A DNA stretch of 64,000 nt, from assembly GCA_964347245.1 (NCBI GenBank), contig CAYFXZ010000002.1:11529-75528 (forward strand), given 5' to 3'. This document shows positions 20,237 through 30,600 of this stretch, in pieces. Under the pieces are notes generated by a model, which worked only from the letters and a program-made list of their open reading frames with translations, had not been told where the DNA came from and made no database searches. The position numbers were made by a program, and so were the translations under genes. Positions within the stretch are counted from its first letter, which is position 1. Every line of letters starts with the position of its first letter. The DNA comes from an uncultured Candidatus Bathyarchaeia archaeon. Its GTDB lineage: Archaea; Thermoproteota; Bathyarchaeia; Bathyarchaeales; Bathycorpusculaceae.

Positions 20237-20737
20237 GTGAACTTCTGCTTGATGGAGGAGAAACTGAAAGTCTTGAAGTTTATGAGCGAGATTACAAGCC
20301 GTATAGACATGAATACTTTCTCTCAAATGATCGGCTTGAATACAAACCAGACAGTAGAACGATTACAAGACCTAGTTGACTCAGGCTTCATCAAGAAAAT
20401 GGGTGGGGGTTACGGCATAACAAAGAAAGGCCAAATAATCCTCAAAGCAATTAAACCAGTTCCAAAAAACACCGAGTTTCACTTTTACACGGGATTTGGC
20501 CAACCCTGTGGATTTTCAGCAAAAAGTATCAAAGACTTCTACGAAATAGTCAAACGCGTAGATGTGGGAGCATTGGATTTTCACCTTTACCGCGGGGATT
20601 TTGAAAAGTGGATTAAGTCCACATTGAAAGACACGATGTTAGGCGATGAGTTCGCCAACTTGAAAAAAACAACTTTGAAGGGAGAAGAGCTTAGGCAAAG
20701 TATGCTTAAAGCAATAGCAGCAATATACTGTTTTTAA
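20237..20737 (+). CDS. Hypothetical protein with N-terminal winged-helix domain
   Basis: The wHTH-like N-terminal half (RLQDLVDSGFIKKMGGGYGITKKG) is followed by a conserved-looking C-terminal domain (FHLYRGDFEKWI). The real start is probably the TTG/ATG a few codons in, because the GTG at 20237 lies inside GGAGGTGA. Confidence 0.6.
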   Translation: MNFCLMEEKLKVLKFMSEITSRIDMNTFSQMIGLNTNQTVERLQDLVDSGFIKKMGGGYGITKKGQIILKAIKPVPKNTEFHFYTGFGQPCGFSAKSIKDFYEIVKRVDVGALDFHLYRGDFEKWIKSTLKDTMLGDEFANLKKTTLKGEELRQSMLKAIAAIYCF

Positions 20738-20742
20738 CAAAG

Positions 20743-21243
20743 CTAAGAAAAATTTTGGGGCTGGCTTTTTTTCATTTTTTCTTTTTTTAGTTGGGTCCAC
20801 CATTCGGGCACTTTTGCTGTCTCAGCGTTATCCCAAGAGTCAAAGGGTTTTATATCAAGAACTGGAGTTCCTTCAAATGCATCAAGCCCCCGAACCGTTA
20901 AAACGTTGCCTTCCACTTTGACAAGCTCAACTAGAGTTAATCCGACAGGATTAGGGCGAAACATGGTTCGCGTAGCAAATACACCTAGGAGCGGCATGTC
21001 TTTTCTGCCTCGCGGGTGAACCTTCAAGATTTTCCTTTGATTTTCCGGAATTTCATGCAACAGAAACAGCACAAACAAGTGCGAGAACCCGTCAATACCA
21101 TCTAAGGCTTCAGATAACTCATTGCAGATAACAATCTTTGCGGTTCGAGTCTTATCTCTAACTTCATCGCCAACGGCGGTTGTCTTGACTACGCCAATTG
21201 GTTTCAAAATAATCTCTTCTTGGTAAAACATTGCATAATCCAC
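20743..21243 (-). CDS. trmO: tRNA (t6A37-N6)-methyltransferase TrmO / YaeB-TsaA family
   Basis: LKPIGVVKT start, FSHLFVLF and RPNPVGLT...LDGTPVLDIKP-type motifs. Confidence 0.8.
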   Translation of the reverse strand: MDYAMFYQEEIILKPIGVVKTTAVGDEVRDKTRTAKIVICNELSEALDGIDGFSHLFVLFLLHEIPENQRKILKVHPRGRKDMPLLGVFATRTMFRPNPVGLTLVELVKVEGNVLTVRGLDAFEGTPVLDIKPFDSWDNAETAKVPEWWTQLKKEKMKKSQPQNFS

Positions 21244-21620
21244 TTAGCGTTTGAAAATACATGAGACTATATAAGCATTAGAGCGTTCTGATTTTATTAC
21301 ATTTTTTTGATTGACGCGGATGTTGATAGCTTTTATACTGAAGATTCTTTTTTCATTGTCTGTAGTGCTACAACACTGTTATCGCAATTAATGCCATTCC
21401 GCTGATTGCTAACTTGGATTTCTATTGCGATTTTTGCGGAGACCAAGAAAAATCAAAGCATAAAAGGGACGAAAGGTTCTTAAGCAATTAGACATTCTTC
21501 TAAACGGCAAGAAAAATACCGTAGTCAATGCCTAGGTTTAAGTATTAGCTTGTTTCCTTTAAGAGGAAAGGACCGTATCAACTAAAAAAGTTAAAATAGT
21601 TGGATGAAGAGGTGAGAAAT

Positions 21621-21938
21621 ATGGAAAACGTTTACGCCGCGATGCTCCTTCACAAGGCAGGAAAAGAAATAAACGAAGAAAACGTGACAAACGTTTTGAC
21701 AGCTGCAGGAATAAATGTTGATGCAATACAAGTAAGAGCTCTAGTGGCGTCTCTGAGCGAAGTCAATATTGACGAGGCAATCAAAGCTGCTCCAACGATG
21801 ATGGCCGCCGCACCAGCACCAGCAACAGATACACCAACTAAAGAGGAAAAACCAGAAGAAGACAAGAAGAAGAAAGCTGAAGAAGAAAAAGCCAAAGAAG
21901 AGGCAGCGCTAGAAGGTTTAGGCGCCCTGTTTGGGTAA
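21621..21938 (+). CDS. rpl12: Ribosomal stalk protein P1 (aL12)
   Basis: MENVYAAMLLH N-terminus, Ala/Pro hinge, acidic/lysine tail ending EGLGALFG. AGGTGA-N5-ATG. Confidence 0.92.
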   Translation: MENVYAAMLLHKAGKEINEENVTNVLTAAGINVDAIQVRALVASLSEVNIDEAIKAAPTMMAAAPAPATDTPTKEEKPEEDKKKKAEEEKAKEEAALEGLGALFG

Positions 21939-23078
21939 AACATCATTTACTATTTTTTGATCTATTTCACTATCATGAGTATCTTGTTCTCTATGACCTA
22001 GTATATACCACGCCACGACAGGTAACCATCCCAAGATAATCATCAAAGTACCTGGAAAACCCCCTATTTCTCGTTGAAGCAACAGCCCAAGCAAAGCCAA
22101 AACTTCAGGTAGAAACGCTTCAAAAATAGCGAAAGAAATTGTTATGCCTATCACTGCCGTGTAGGCTGCCCTTTTTCCAAACTTCTTAAACGTCTGAAGA
22201 ACGAGAATTCCAGCGAAGAAGAAGTCTCCCAGCCCAAGACCTCTAGGAGCAAAGCCGAAGAAACTTGCACGGCCTTCTTGTGCAGCAATAAGTGGAACAT
22301 TTGGCAGGTAAACAAGTACTGGAAGTCCTAACCCAGTGAATTGTTGTGCTGCTGTAACCATTGCGCCTGTTCCCAACACAAGAATTATGTCCACAATTGT
22401 TAGGAGAACCGCAAAAATTAGCGTGGCTTTCCAAGTAAACAAAGACCCCAGATAAAGAATTATCAACACAGCAAAGGTCAAAGCAAAACCGTCCAGTAAA
22501 ATTGGGTACCATACAGGTGTTCCATCATATACAACATTAAAAAACACAAACAGCAAAACGAATAGAGTCGGCGGTTGAACGGCAATGTACCATCTTTCCT
22601 GCACCTCCGCTTTTTTCATATCGAGTACTATTGAAGCAAAAGCGAACAATGCCAAACTATAAAACACCAAGGCCCTGTAAAACACTAATCCATCAGCAAA
22701 AGGCTCAAGCAATCCAATTGTTCCAGCAAGTAAACTAGTGACAACAATCACCAATGAGAAAAGTTGTGATGTTCTTTGTTTCATACCTGAAAAAAGGTAT
22801 GAAAATATGAAAAGTAGCATCGAATACGAGAAAAGAAACACCAACAGTATTATGTTTTGAAAAATTTTTCCGGGGTCTATGAGTGAAACGTAGCCGATAA
22901 CGGAAATAACCACGAAAATCATTACCACAAGCAGGAAGACATGGCGCGTGCGAAGTTCTCTCTCTTCAAAAGTTATTTTTAGTTTTCTTTCGGTCCGTTC
23001 GTTTAAAAGCAAGGCAATAGTTGAGACAGCTAATAACGCCAGTGGCATTGCAATGTCAAGAGTCGCCATGAACAGCAC
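21918..23078 (-). CDS. Polytopic membrane protein, presenilin/signal-peptide-peptidase-like (A22) candidate
   Basis: About 9 TM helices. GLGLGDFFFAGIL (GxGD) and an upstream TIVDIILVLGTGAM helix resemble the two catalytic-Asp helices. FPGTL sits where the PAL motif would be. Confidence 0.5.
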   Translation of the reverse strand: MLFMATLDIAMPLALLAVSTIALLLNERTERKLKITFEERELRTRHVFLLVVMIFVVISVIGYVSLIDPGKIFQNIILLVFLFSYSMLLFIFSYLFSGMKQRTSQLFSLVIVVTSLLAGTIGLLEPFADGLVFYRALVFYSLALFAFASIVLDMKKAEVQERWYIAVQPPTLFVLLFVFFNVVYDGTPVWYPILLDGFALTFAVLIILYLGSLFTWKATLIFAVLLTIVDIILVLGTGAMVTAAQQFTGLGLPVLVYLPNVPLIAAQEGRASFFGFAPRGLGLGDFFFAGILVLQTFKKFGKRAAYTAVIGITISFAIFEAFLPEVLALLGLLLQREIGGFPGTLMIILGWLPVVAWYILGHREQDTHDSEIDQKIVNDVLPKQGA

Positions 23079-23142
23079 ATAGCTAAACGGTCATTTATTT
23101 CTTTGTCCCAATATCACGTTTAAATAATCAAATCAGCAAGTA

Positions 23143-24000
23143 CTACCAACCAAACTGCATGTTAAACACAGCTAACGAGGCAATGAGCGCTTCTTCAGTT
23201 CTAACAGTCTCTGTTCCTTGCTCAGGAACCATGTTCACCACGAAATCTGCAACTACGTTAAGATCAGCTCCTTCATTATCCATGATCTCGTGCAATCCAC
23301 GTGATGGCGCGCCAAACGCCACAAGCTTGTAGTCTGCCTTTTGCCATTTCTCAGTTATTTTTTTAGCTACGTTCACGAATCCAATGCCAATCTTGGATGT
23401 TGCAATAACTAAATCGAACGTTCCATTTTCCACGAGTTTACCAAAAGAACTGGTTTCCACTGTAACCTTGTATCCCCAGTAACTTGGAACTTCGTCTTTA
23501 CTTATCACTTGAGCTTCAATGTGTTCACCCACCTTCACTATTTGCAGCGTTAATCGTTTACCCAAAGCCCACTGAGTTTCTCGTACAAGCGCAGAGCGCT
23601 CAACGCCTATGTCTATGAGCACGCCTTCCTTAGTTTTGCCAGTGGTCACGCCTTCACGGTACTCGCCAGGCTTCAGTTTCTTGGCTTTCCTATTCAACGG
23701 GTGATGTGGAGTTCTGAGCGGCGGCAAAATTCCGGCGTACTTCAACCGCGGGTCCAGTTTGAAAAAGCGTTTTCGAAGATACTGAGGCGTCTCTAAATAA
23801 GACAACAAAAGTCTAATTAAGTCAGCTTCGTTCTTTTGCTTGCTTTTTCGGACATTGTCAGGGTAAACTATGATTTCATCCACTCTAAAAATCGCAGCCG
23901 TTCTTCCTATAAAGCCTATTTTTGAGGTTTTCTCACGCAAATGCGGAGTATCTGAAATAACTGAAGTTGGTATCGCTATTGCAAGCTTCTTTCTACTCAT
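23143..24000 (-). CDS. SPOUT-superfamily RNA methyltransferase-like protein (DUF171/COG2106 type)
   Basis: N-terminus LAIAIPTSVISDTPHLREKT...AAIFRVDEIIVY is characteristic of this family. Confidence 0.65.
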   Translation of the reverse strand: MSRKKLAIAIPTSVISDTPHLREKTSKIGFIGRTAAIFRVDEIIVYPDNVRKSKQKNEADLIRLLLSYLETPQYLRKRFFKLDPRLKYAGILPPLRTPHHPLNRKAKKLKPGEYREGVTTGKTKEGVLIDIGVERSALVRETQWALGKRLTLQIVKVGEHIEAQVISKDEVPSYWGYKVTVETSSFGKLVENGTFDLVIATSKIGIGFVNVAKKITEKWQKADYKLVAFGAPSRGLHEIMDNEGADLNVVADFVVNMVPEQGTETVRTEEALIASLAVFNMQFGW

Positions 24001-24097
24001 TCCTCCGTGCCCCTTCCACCTAAAAATCTGTTCGTGTCTACGCTCAGCTTAAAAGTTAAAAACTGAATATAAAAGTGCGGGTACATGGTGAAGCAAA

Positions 24098-25204
24098 GTG
24101 GCAGCGTCAGTTTTGGATGATATCAGCAAAATAGGAGAAGTCGATAAGAGCAATATGCTTGCGTTCTGCATGCACGCTGCAAAGCATTACCGAGAAGCCA
24201 TAAATATAGCAGAAAAAGTCTCTCTTCATATTGCCAATCCTGAGAACATTATTGTTGCGGGCATGGGCGGCTCAGCAATTGGAGGCGAACTGCTGAAAGA
24301 CTGGGCTCGCGACAAGGCACAGGTTCCAATAGAAGTCAGCAGAGCTTATTCGTTGCCAGCTTACGCAAAAGACCGTAGCCTCGTGTTAGTCATGAGTTAT
24401 TCTGGAGAGACAGAGGAGTCTCTCAGCACTTTCCTTGACGCCCTTAAGAGGCGTTGTATGATTTTCTGCGTAAGCTCAGGAGGCAGTTTGCTGGAATTTG
24501 CTGAGAAGCTGAATGTGCCCTATCTTCGTGTTCCTTCAGGTATGCCGCCGCGGGCAGCTCTTCCCTACATGATAGTGCCTCTGCTTAAGTCGCTGGAGGA
24601 AGTGGGTGCTGTTTCAGATATTTCTGAGGAACTTGAGGAGGCGACCCAGCTATTGGAGCGTATAGCTGATGAGAACGCGCCTGAAAAACCTGTGAAAGAT
24701 AATTTTGCCAAGATGTTGGCTTCGAAAATCAACGGAAGTGCTCCTGTGATTTACGGTTTTGGAGTTTACCGCAGCGTGGCTCAACGTTTTAAGCAGCAAT
24801 TCAATGAGAACAGCAAAGTGCCTTCGAAATGGGAGTTTTTCTCCGAGCTTAATCATAACGAGATTGTAGGTTGGGAAAATACAAAGCTTGCAAAATGCTT
24901 CTCTACGATATTCATCAGGGACAAAGCGGAGTCCGATGAGATTCGTAACAGAATCGAAATGACAAAAACACTTCTGCCTTCTGGCTCGAAGATATTCGAA
25001 GTATGGAGTCAAGGCAATTATCCGCTTGCGAGGATGCTGTCAACTATTTGTATAGGAGATTTCACAAGTGTCTACTTGGCAGTTCTCTGTGGTGTTGACC
25101 CTACTCCTGTGAAGAAAATCAGCTTGTTAAAAGAGAAAATGAAGCAGGGTGGAACGAAAGAAAAGGTGAAGCGTGAACTGGCAATGTTGGCTAAATCACG
25201 CTGA
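24098..25204 (+). CDS. Bifunctional phosphoglucose/phosphomannose isomerase (SIS domain)
   Basis: GMGGSAIGGELLKDW, SYSGETEE and the archaeal PGI/PMI length. Confidence 0.8.
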   Translation: MAASVLDDISKIGEVDKSNMLAFCMHAAKHYREAINIAEKVSLHIANPENIIVAGMGGSAIGGELLKDWARDKAQVPIEVSRAYSLPAYAKDRSLVLVMSYSGETEESLSTFLDALKRRCMIFCVSSGGSLLEFAEKLNVPYLRVPSGMPPRAALPYMIVPLLKSLEEVGAVSDISEELEEATQLLERIADENAPEKPVKDNFAKMLASKINGSAPVIYGFGVYRSVAQRFKQQFNENSKVPSKWEFFSELNHNEIVGWENTKLAKCFSTIFIRDKAESDEIRNRIEMTKTLLPSGSKIFEVWSQGNYPLARMLSTICIGDFTSVYLAVLCGVDPTPVKKISLLKEKMKQGGTKEKVKRELAMLAKSR

Positions 25205-26257
25205 AGTGTTTTCCTTTATGAATGTGTTGAAGGTCTTTTCTGCGGTTTCAAACGGCATCATTTGTGGCGGTCGTTTGAAGGCGTAGGCGCAGAGTGGAAC
25301 TAATGCTCCAGCCTGCTTTCTATTTAATGCAATTTTTATTGCTCTTATCGCGTCGAAGAGCACACTACCTGCGTTCGGCGCGTCAATAGTGCTGAACTTC
25401 AAGTCTATATGCATTGGAGCATTGCCGAAGTAAGTGCCGCTTATCCAGAAGTAGCTGTCGCGTTTGTTTTGCAGAAAGTCTACGTAGTCGGTTGAGCCCG
25501 CTACGATTTCCGCTTTGTATGGTAGCGCGGATGCTACGGATTGAGTTTTAATTGCACGTTTGGTTTCCCGAGTTCGATCCAGCGTTTCAAGTGATTCTGT
25601 TCCTCCGCCAACATCTAGCTGGTAGGTCTCTGTGATTCTTACACCGCTATTTGAGAGAAGTTTGAGCAGGGTCTTGTGCAACGCAGTTGATCCAACTTGA
25701 TCAACTAAGTCGTCACCTGCGATTGGTAGTTGCAAGGTTTCAAATTTTTTTACCCACGTCTCATCGCTTGCTATGTAGGTTGGCGTGGCGTTAATAAAGG
25801 CGCATTTAGCGGCTAAAGCTTGTTCAGCGTAATAGAGTGACGCATTTGTTGCTCCGCTTGGAAGCAGGTTCAAGAGGATTTCAGCGTTTGCTGCGCGGAG
25901 TGTTTGCGCCACGTTTACGTCAGGTTGGTTGCTAGGTTGGATGATTTCTTCGGCGCTTTTGCCTATGCCATCCAACGTAGGGGCTTTCTGAACTTTTACA
26001 CCTGCTACTGGAACGTCAATGATTCGTGGGGCATTGTTTGGCGCTGCGAATATAGCCTCAGCTAAGTCTTTTCCGACTTTCCGGTTATCTAAATCAAAAG
26101 CGGCTACAACTTGGATATCGCTTGATTCATATCCGCCCAATATTGGGTTGCGTAATCCAACCGGGTTTTTCGCAAACACACTATAGTATCGCAATCCTTG
26201 AACAAATGCTGAAGCGCAATTTCCAACGCCTGCCAATGCAACTTTAATTTTGGGCAT
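25196..26257 (-). CDS. myo-Inositol-1-phosphate synthase
   Basis: KVALAGVGNCASAFVQG NAD-binding N-terminus. I prefer the ATG at 26257 (AGGTGA-N5) to the track start at 26365. Confidence 0.85.
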   Translation of the reverse strand: MPKIKVALAGVGNCASAFVQGLRYYSVFAKNPVGLRNPILGGYESSDIQVVAAFDLDNRKVGKDLAEAIFAAPNNAPRIIDVPVAGVKVQKAPTLDGIGKSAEEIIQPSNQPDVNVAQTLRAANAEILLNLLPSGATNASLYYAEQALAAKCAFINATPTYIASDETWVKKFETLQLPIAGDDLVDQVGSTALHKTLLKLLSNSGVRITETYQLDVGGGTESLETLDRTRETKRAIKTQSVASALPYKAEIVAGSTDYVDFLQNKRDSYFWISGTYFGNAPMHIDLKFSTIDAPNAGSVLFDAIRAIKIALNRKQAGALVPLCAYAFKRPPQMMPFETAEKTFNTFIKENTSA

Positions 26258-26422
26258 CTTTGTCACCTTGTTTGGGCATTTGTTATCTGCTTTATCCTTA
26301 TAAAAACCATCGCTACCCATCTTCTGAATCCAGGATAAAACGATTTTGTTCTCAGACAAAATCAAATAAATGAACTTAACAAGAAGCCATGAGCAACATT
26401 CGTGCCCTTTCTAAGATAATTT

Positions 26423-27007
26423 CTACGCTTTTTTTGCTTCGCCAAATATGCGCTTCAATTCTCTTTTCATAGTTGCCGTATCATGGGTTAATCCGAAATA
26501 ATCAGCAAAATAGTCAGTTGTCCTCAGAATCATGGAACGCCCAGCGTGTTCAGTGGCAACTAACCCCATATCCCTTAGAAGCTTCACGTGGCTGTAAGCA
26601 TGTTGACCTCTCGCTTGTATTACTCTTTTCTGCTGTACAGGTTGCCGATAAGAAATGTAAGAAAGTGTTTTTAATGGTCCAGAGGAAAGAAGAGGTCTAT
26701 TGACAAATTTCTTAACCAGTGGAGTGAAATCTGCTTTTAACTGTAAAACGTAACGCTCATCCTTCAGCTCTAAAATTTCAAGTGCAGTGTTTCTAGCTGA
26801 ATACTCTTGCATTAGCAATTTGGTGTACTTTTTAGTTTTGTTTTTCGACCGAGTACTCAGAACCGAGCATAATTCGTTGACTGTTAACGGGCGACCAGCA
26901 ACATATAAAGCTGCTTCTAAGAGTCTCAGACGAAGCTGCATTTTCTCTTCTTGAGCCTTCCCAGCCTCAGCCTGCGAGTTATCTGATTGTTCGTTCGTCT
27001 TTTGCAA
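26423..27007 (-). CDS. scpB: Segregation and condensation protein B
   Basis: Tandem wHTH pattern (LEAALYVAGRPLTVNEL...). Last gene of the smc-scpA-scpB operon. Confidence 0.8.
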   Translation of the reverse strand: MQKTNEQSDNSQAEAGKAQEEKMQLRLRLLEAALYVAGRPLTVNELCSVLSTRSKNKTKKYTKLLMQEYSARNTALEILELKDERYVLQLKADFTPLVKKFVNRPLLSSGPLKTLSYISYRQPVQQKRVIQARGQHAYSHVKLLRDMGLVATEHAGRSMILRTTDYFADYFGLTHDTATMKRELKRIFGEAKKA

Positions 27008-27677
27008 TATTTAAATTCCCCAAAGCTATGTATAATTTTTCGGTTCCCTCATCTTGCCATAAACCAATTTTACCCTCTTGCGCTAGAAACAGGAGCAAAA
27101 TAAATGTGCGAATCGCATCCATTCGTTTGACCCCTTTTATGAGAGTTGAAAACTCTATTAATCCAGTGCCTTTTACTTTCTCGCAGAGAAGCTCATAAAG
27201 CGTCTGCAAACTCGACTCAAGTTCGGCCAAGAACGCGTCAAACTGAGGCAAAAGGTCAGTGACCGCTGGAAGAACAGGATGCGAAACAACCTTATCAAGG
27301 CGATGCAGCTTTTCCCCCTTCAGCACCTCATCTAATACATCCAACAAATTCCGTATAGTTGTCGAAGTTAGCTCATGTCTCAGAGGCAGAAACAGCGGCG
27401 GCGGAATAAAGTCTGGAGGAGGCTTGGGTGGTGCTGGAGGCTCCTGAAGAGTTAACAAAAGCTTTGACTTCATCAAATAGATAAGCGCCGAAGAGTCCAA
27501 AGCAACGCCAGAAGCTCTGAAGTCCACCTTTCCTGTGCTCTCCATTTCCGAAAGAAAAGACCTGAGCAGGTAAGAGATGTTCACATTCCAGGGTTTAAGC
27601 TTTTCAAGCTTGTTTAACTCAAAGAGAATATTCCATGGAGGTCTAAGATAAAAAGGCTTTCTTACTGCTGTTGACAC
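26979..27677 (-). CDS. scpA: Segregation and condensation protein A (kleisin)
   Basis: Kleisin-like N-terminus (PWNVNISYLLRSFL). The start abuts/overlaps the smc stop. Contains a proline-rich linker. Confidence 0.78.
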   Translation of the reverse strand: MSTAVRKPFYLRPPWNILFELNKLEKLKPWNVNISYLLRSFLSEMESTGKVDFRASGVALDSSALIYLMKSKLLLTLQEPPAPPKPPPDFIPPPLFLPLRHELTSTTIRNLLDVLDEVLKGEKLHRLDKVVSHPVLPAVTDLLPQFDAFLAELESSLQTLYELLCEKVKGTGLIEFSTLIKGVKRMDAIRTFILLLFLAQEGKIGLWQDEGTEKLYIALGNLNIAKDERTIR

Positions 27678-30600
27678 TAATTGGTCGCCTCCAAAAACTT
27701 AGTTGATACTACGTTGGAAACTCCATTCCGCTCGTAAACGCCATAAATCTTCTGGGCTTTATTTACCATCTCAGGCTTCAAAGTGATAACTATGAACTGG
27801 ATTTTCCCAGATTCTTCAGCCAACAGATCAGCAAGTTTGGCAGTGTGAAAGGCATCTAAATGGGCATCAATCTCATCGAGAATATAAAACGCCGAAGGCG
27901 TGAAATCTTTCAAGGCAAATATGAATGCCACAGCTGAAACTGAACGTTCACCACCGCTTGCACCGCTGACAACTATGAAGGGCTTGTTCGGGAACTGAAC
28001 CATCATGTCTATGCCGCCGTGGAAAGGTGCGTCAGGATTCTCAAGCTGCAATACCGCGGAGCCCCCCGCAGTTAGCTTCGAAAAGTAAGTCTGAAGGTTA
28101 ATGTTGATTTTTTCAAACGCGTTCATGAAAACCTTCCGTTTCTTAGCTTCAATTTCATCCATAAACTGCACTATGGCCTGTTTTTCCCTTTCCAGCTCAT
28201 TTAAACGCAGAGATAGCTCGCGATACCTTGAACTCTGCTCTTGGTAATGCGATAATGCAAGCTGATTCACCCCGCCTATCCTTTCCAGCTCAAATCGCAT
28301 CATCCTTATAGAGGTCTCAGCTGCTTCAACCTGCTTCTGCGTCGTTTTCAAAGGTGTCTCATAACCGAACTGCATAAGGTGGTTCTGATACTGCTGAAGC
28401 TGCAGTTGGTAAGTCTGAACACTCAACTGAAGCTGGTTCAAAAGCATTTCAGACTGCTCATATTCTGTGTCAAGCACACGAAGCTCATCATCAATTGTAT
28501 CTATCTGTGAAGTGAACTTTTTAGCTTCTTCCCTAGCTGAAAAAATCGCCTTAGAAAGCTCAACCCGGCTTTTTTCCAAATTAGAAATTTCTTGCTTAAG
28601 GGATTCACGCTCCTGAATCGCTTCAGTCACTTCCTTTTCAAGTTTGCCATGCTGTTGCTTTACTTTCGAAAGCTGAATCCTAGCGTTTTTATATCCAACC
28701 CGAAGAACATTGTCAAACTGGGATTGACGCGTGAACATATCAGTTTGAACAGTGCCGAGCTTCTGTCTAAGAGAAATTATTTCTTCCGCAAGCTTTTCCC
28801 GTTTGACCTCCAGCTCCTGAATGTGCCCAACATCGGTTTTCTTTCGCAATTCGCCTAATTCAGCTTGTAGCTTCTGAATTTCCTTCTTAATTGCGCTTCT
28901 TTCAGTCTTATATAATCCAATATGCTCTCTGGCAGTCTTGATTTCCTTTTCACTTTTCGCACAGTTTCGTTCCACGCGATGCATGTTAACTTCAGTTCGC
29001 CTGACGTTCCGCTTAACCCGGATCATTTCCCTGTCAAGGGTAATTATAGAATCAGAAAGACGTGCAATTTCAATTTTGGTACGCTCAATTTCCTCCTCAA
29101 AAACTGATATGTCAGTATCCCTCTGAGAAAGATGCTGCTGAAGAGCTTTCACCGCTTCATCAAGCCTTTTGATGGCGTTTTCGCTGGGAATTAGTTTTGA
29201 AAAATCTATTGGAGATCTATAGTATCCGCTTTCAAAGCCGCCTCCAGCCTCGTAAAGGTTTCCATTAAAAGTCACAGTACGGTAGCCTTCACTTGAAAGT
29301 GCAAACGCAGTCTTATCATTAGGCACAATCAGTGTGTCTCCAAAAACATAATTAACCGCTGGCTCGTAAATCCGTGCACACGCAATAAAATCGGAAGCAA
29401 CTCCACTAACGCCACGCGTTGAAGGCGCCTCCAAAGAATTAGGATTCGAAGCACCTTGCAGCGGGATAATCTTTATTCTTCCCAACTTCATATTCTTCAA
29501 AGTTTGAGTGCACATGAAAGCAGCATCAATGTCCCTTACAACTAAAGCGTTAAGCCACCCAGCCGCAGCCGCTGCGATTGCTTTCCTGTAGGTTTTCTCA
29601 ACTTTGATCAACCTACGCAATCGCCCATAAATGCCCGGGATCGCACCTAATTCGCCAAGTTCCTCTATGCTTCGCAAAGCTTTTTCTTCAGCTGCAACAG
29701 TCTCCGCGAGTTCACGCTGCGTAACGAATTCTATCACCGCTTCTTTAGCCGAACTCGCAATTTTTCCCGCTTCAGAAATTTCTCTTTCAACTGTCTCTCT
29801 TTGAGAGATTCTCCGCTCCAGAGTGTTCTCAAGGCTTTTGAGCTGTGATTTCTGCTCTTTTTGAACTTTCTCAAGCTGGCTGAGTGAGTTCTTAATTTCC
29901 TTAAGAGTTTCAGTGAATCTTGCTTTGCGGTCGTTCAGTTCCCTAAGCCGTCTGGAGCTAAGGTTTATAGCATTTTGATGCTTCAAGTACTCAGACCGCA
30001 AAAACGCAAGCTTCCTATAGTGTGAGTCAATTTGAGTTTCGAGCTGGCGGATACTCTTGCTGTTTTCTCCCAGTCCGCTCCAAAGTTGCTCGGTCTCCTG
30101 CACAAGAGCTTCATGCTCACCCTCTCTTTCTCTAATATCGGATTGAAGTCTCTCGTTTTCTCTGCGTAGTTTTCTTATATGTGTTCGGTTTTCGTGGATT
30201 TCTTTTCTTATAGACTGGTACTGCTCTATGTTGTTGTCTCTCACCCGCTTCAGGCTTTCAAGACTTGTTTGCCCCGCACTTATTTTAGTCGTGATCTCGG
30301 CTAGCCGCGATTTTAATTCTCCTATCTTTATTTGCACTTTCAGCACCTGAGAGCCACTTTCCTCAACCATTTCTGAGCTGAGTTTTCGCCACTCACCCTC
30401 TATTACTCTTCTTTTTGCTCTGCGATTGTTACGTGACTCGCGGAACTTTTCAACTTTGCTTCGCGCTTTTTCAGCCTGCGTTGAGACTTCCTCAACCCTC
30501 TTGTTTAGCTGATCAATTTCATGGGAAGTCTTGACCGCTTCGAACTTTTTCACTTCGTTCTGTATGAAGTTGTGTCGAAGAAGTTCGTTGCGTTCCCGTT

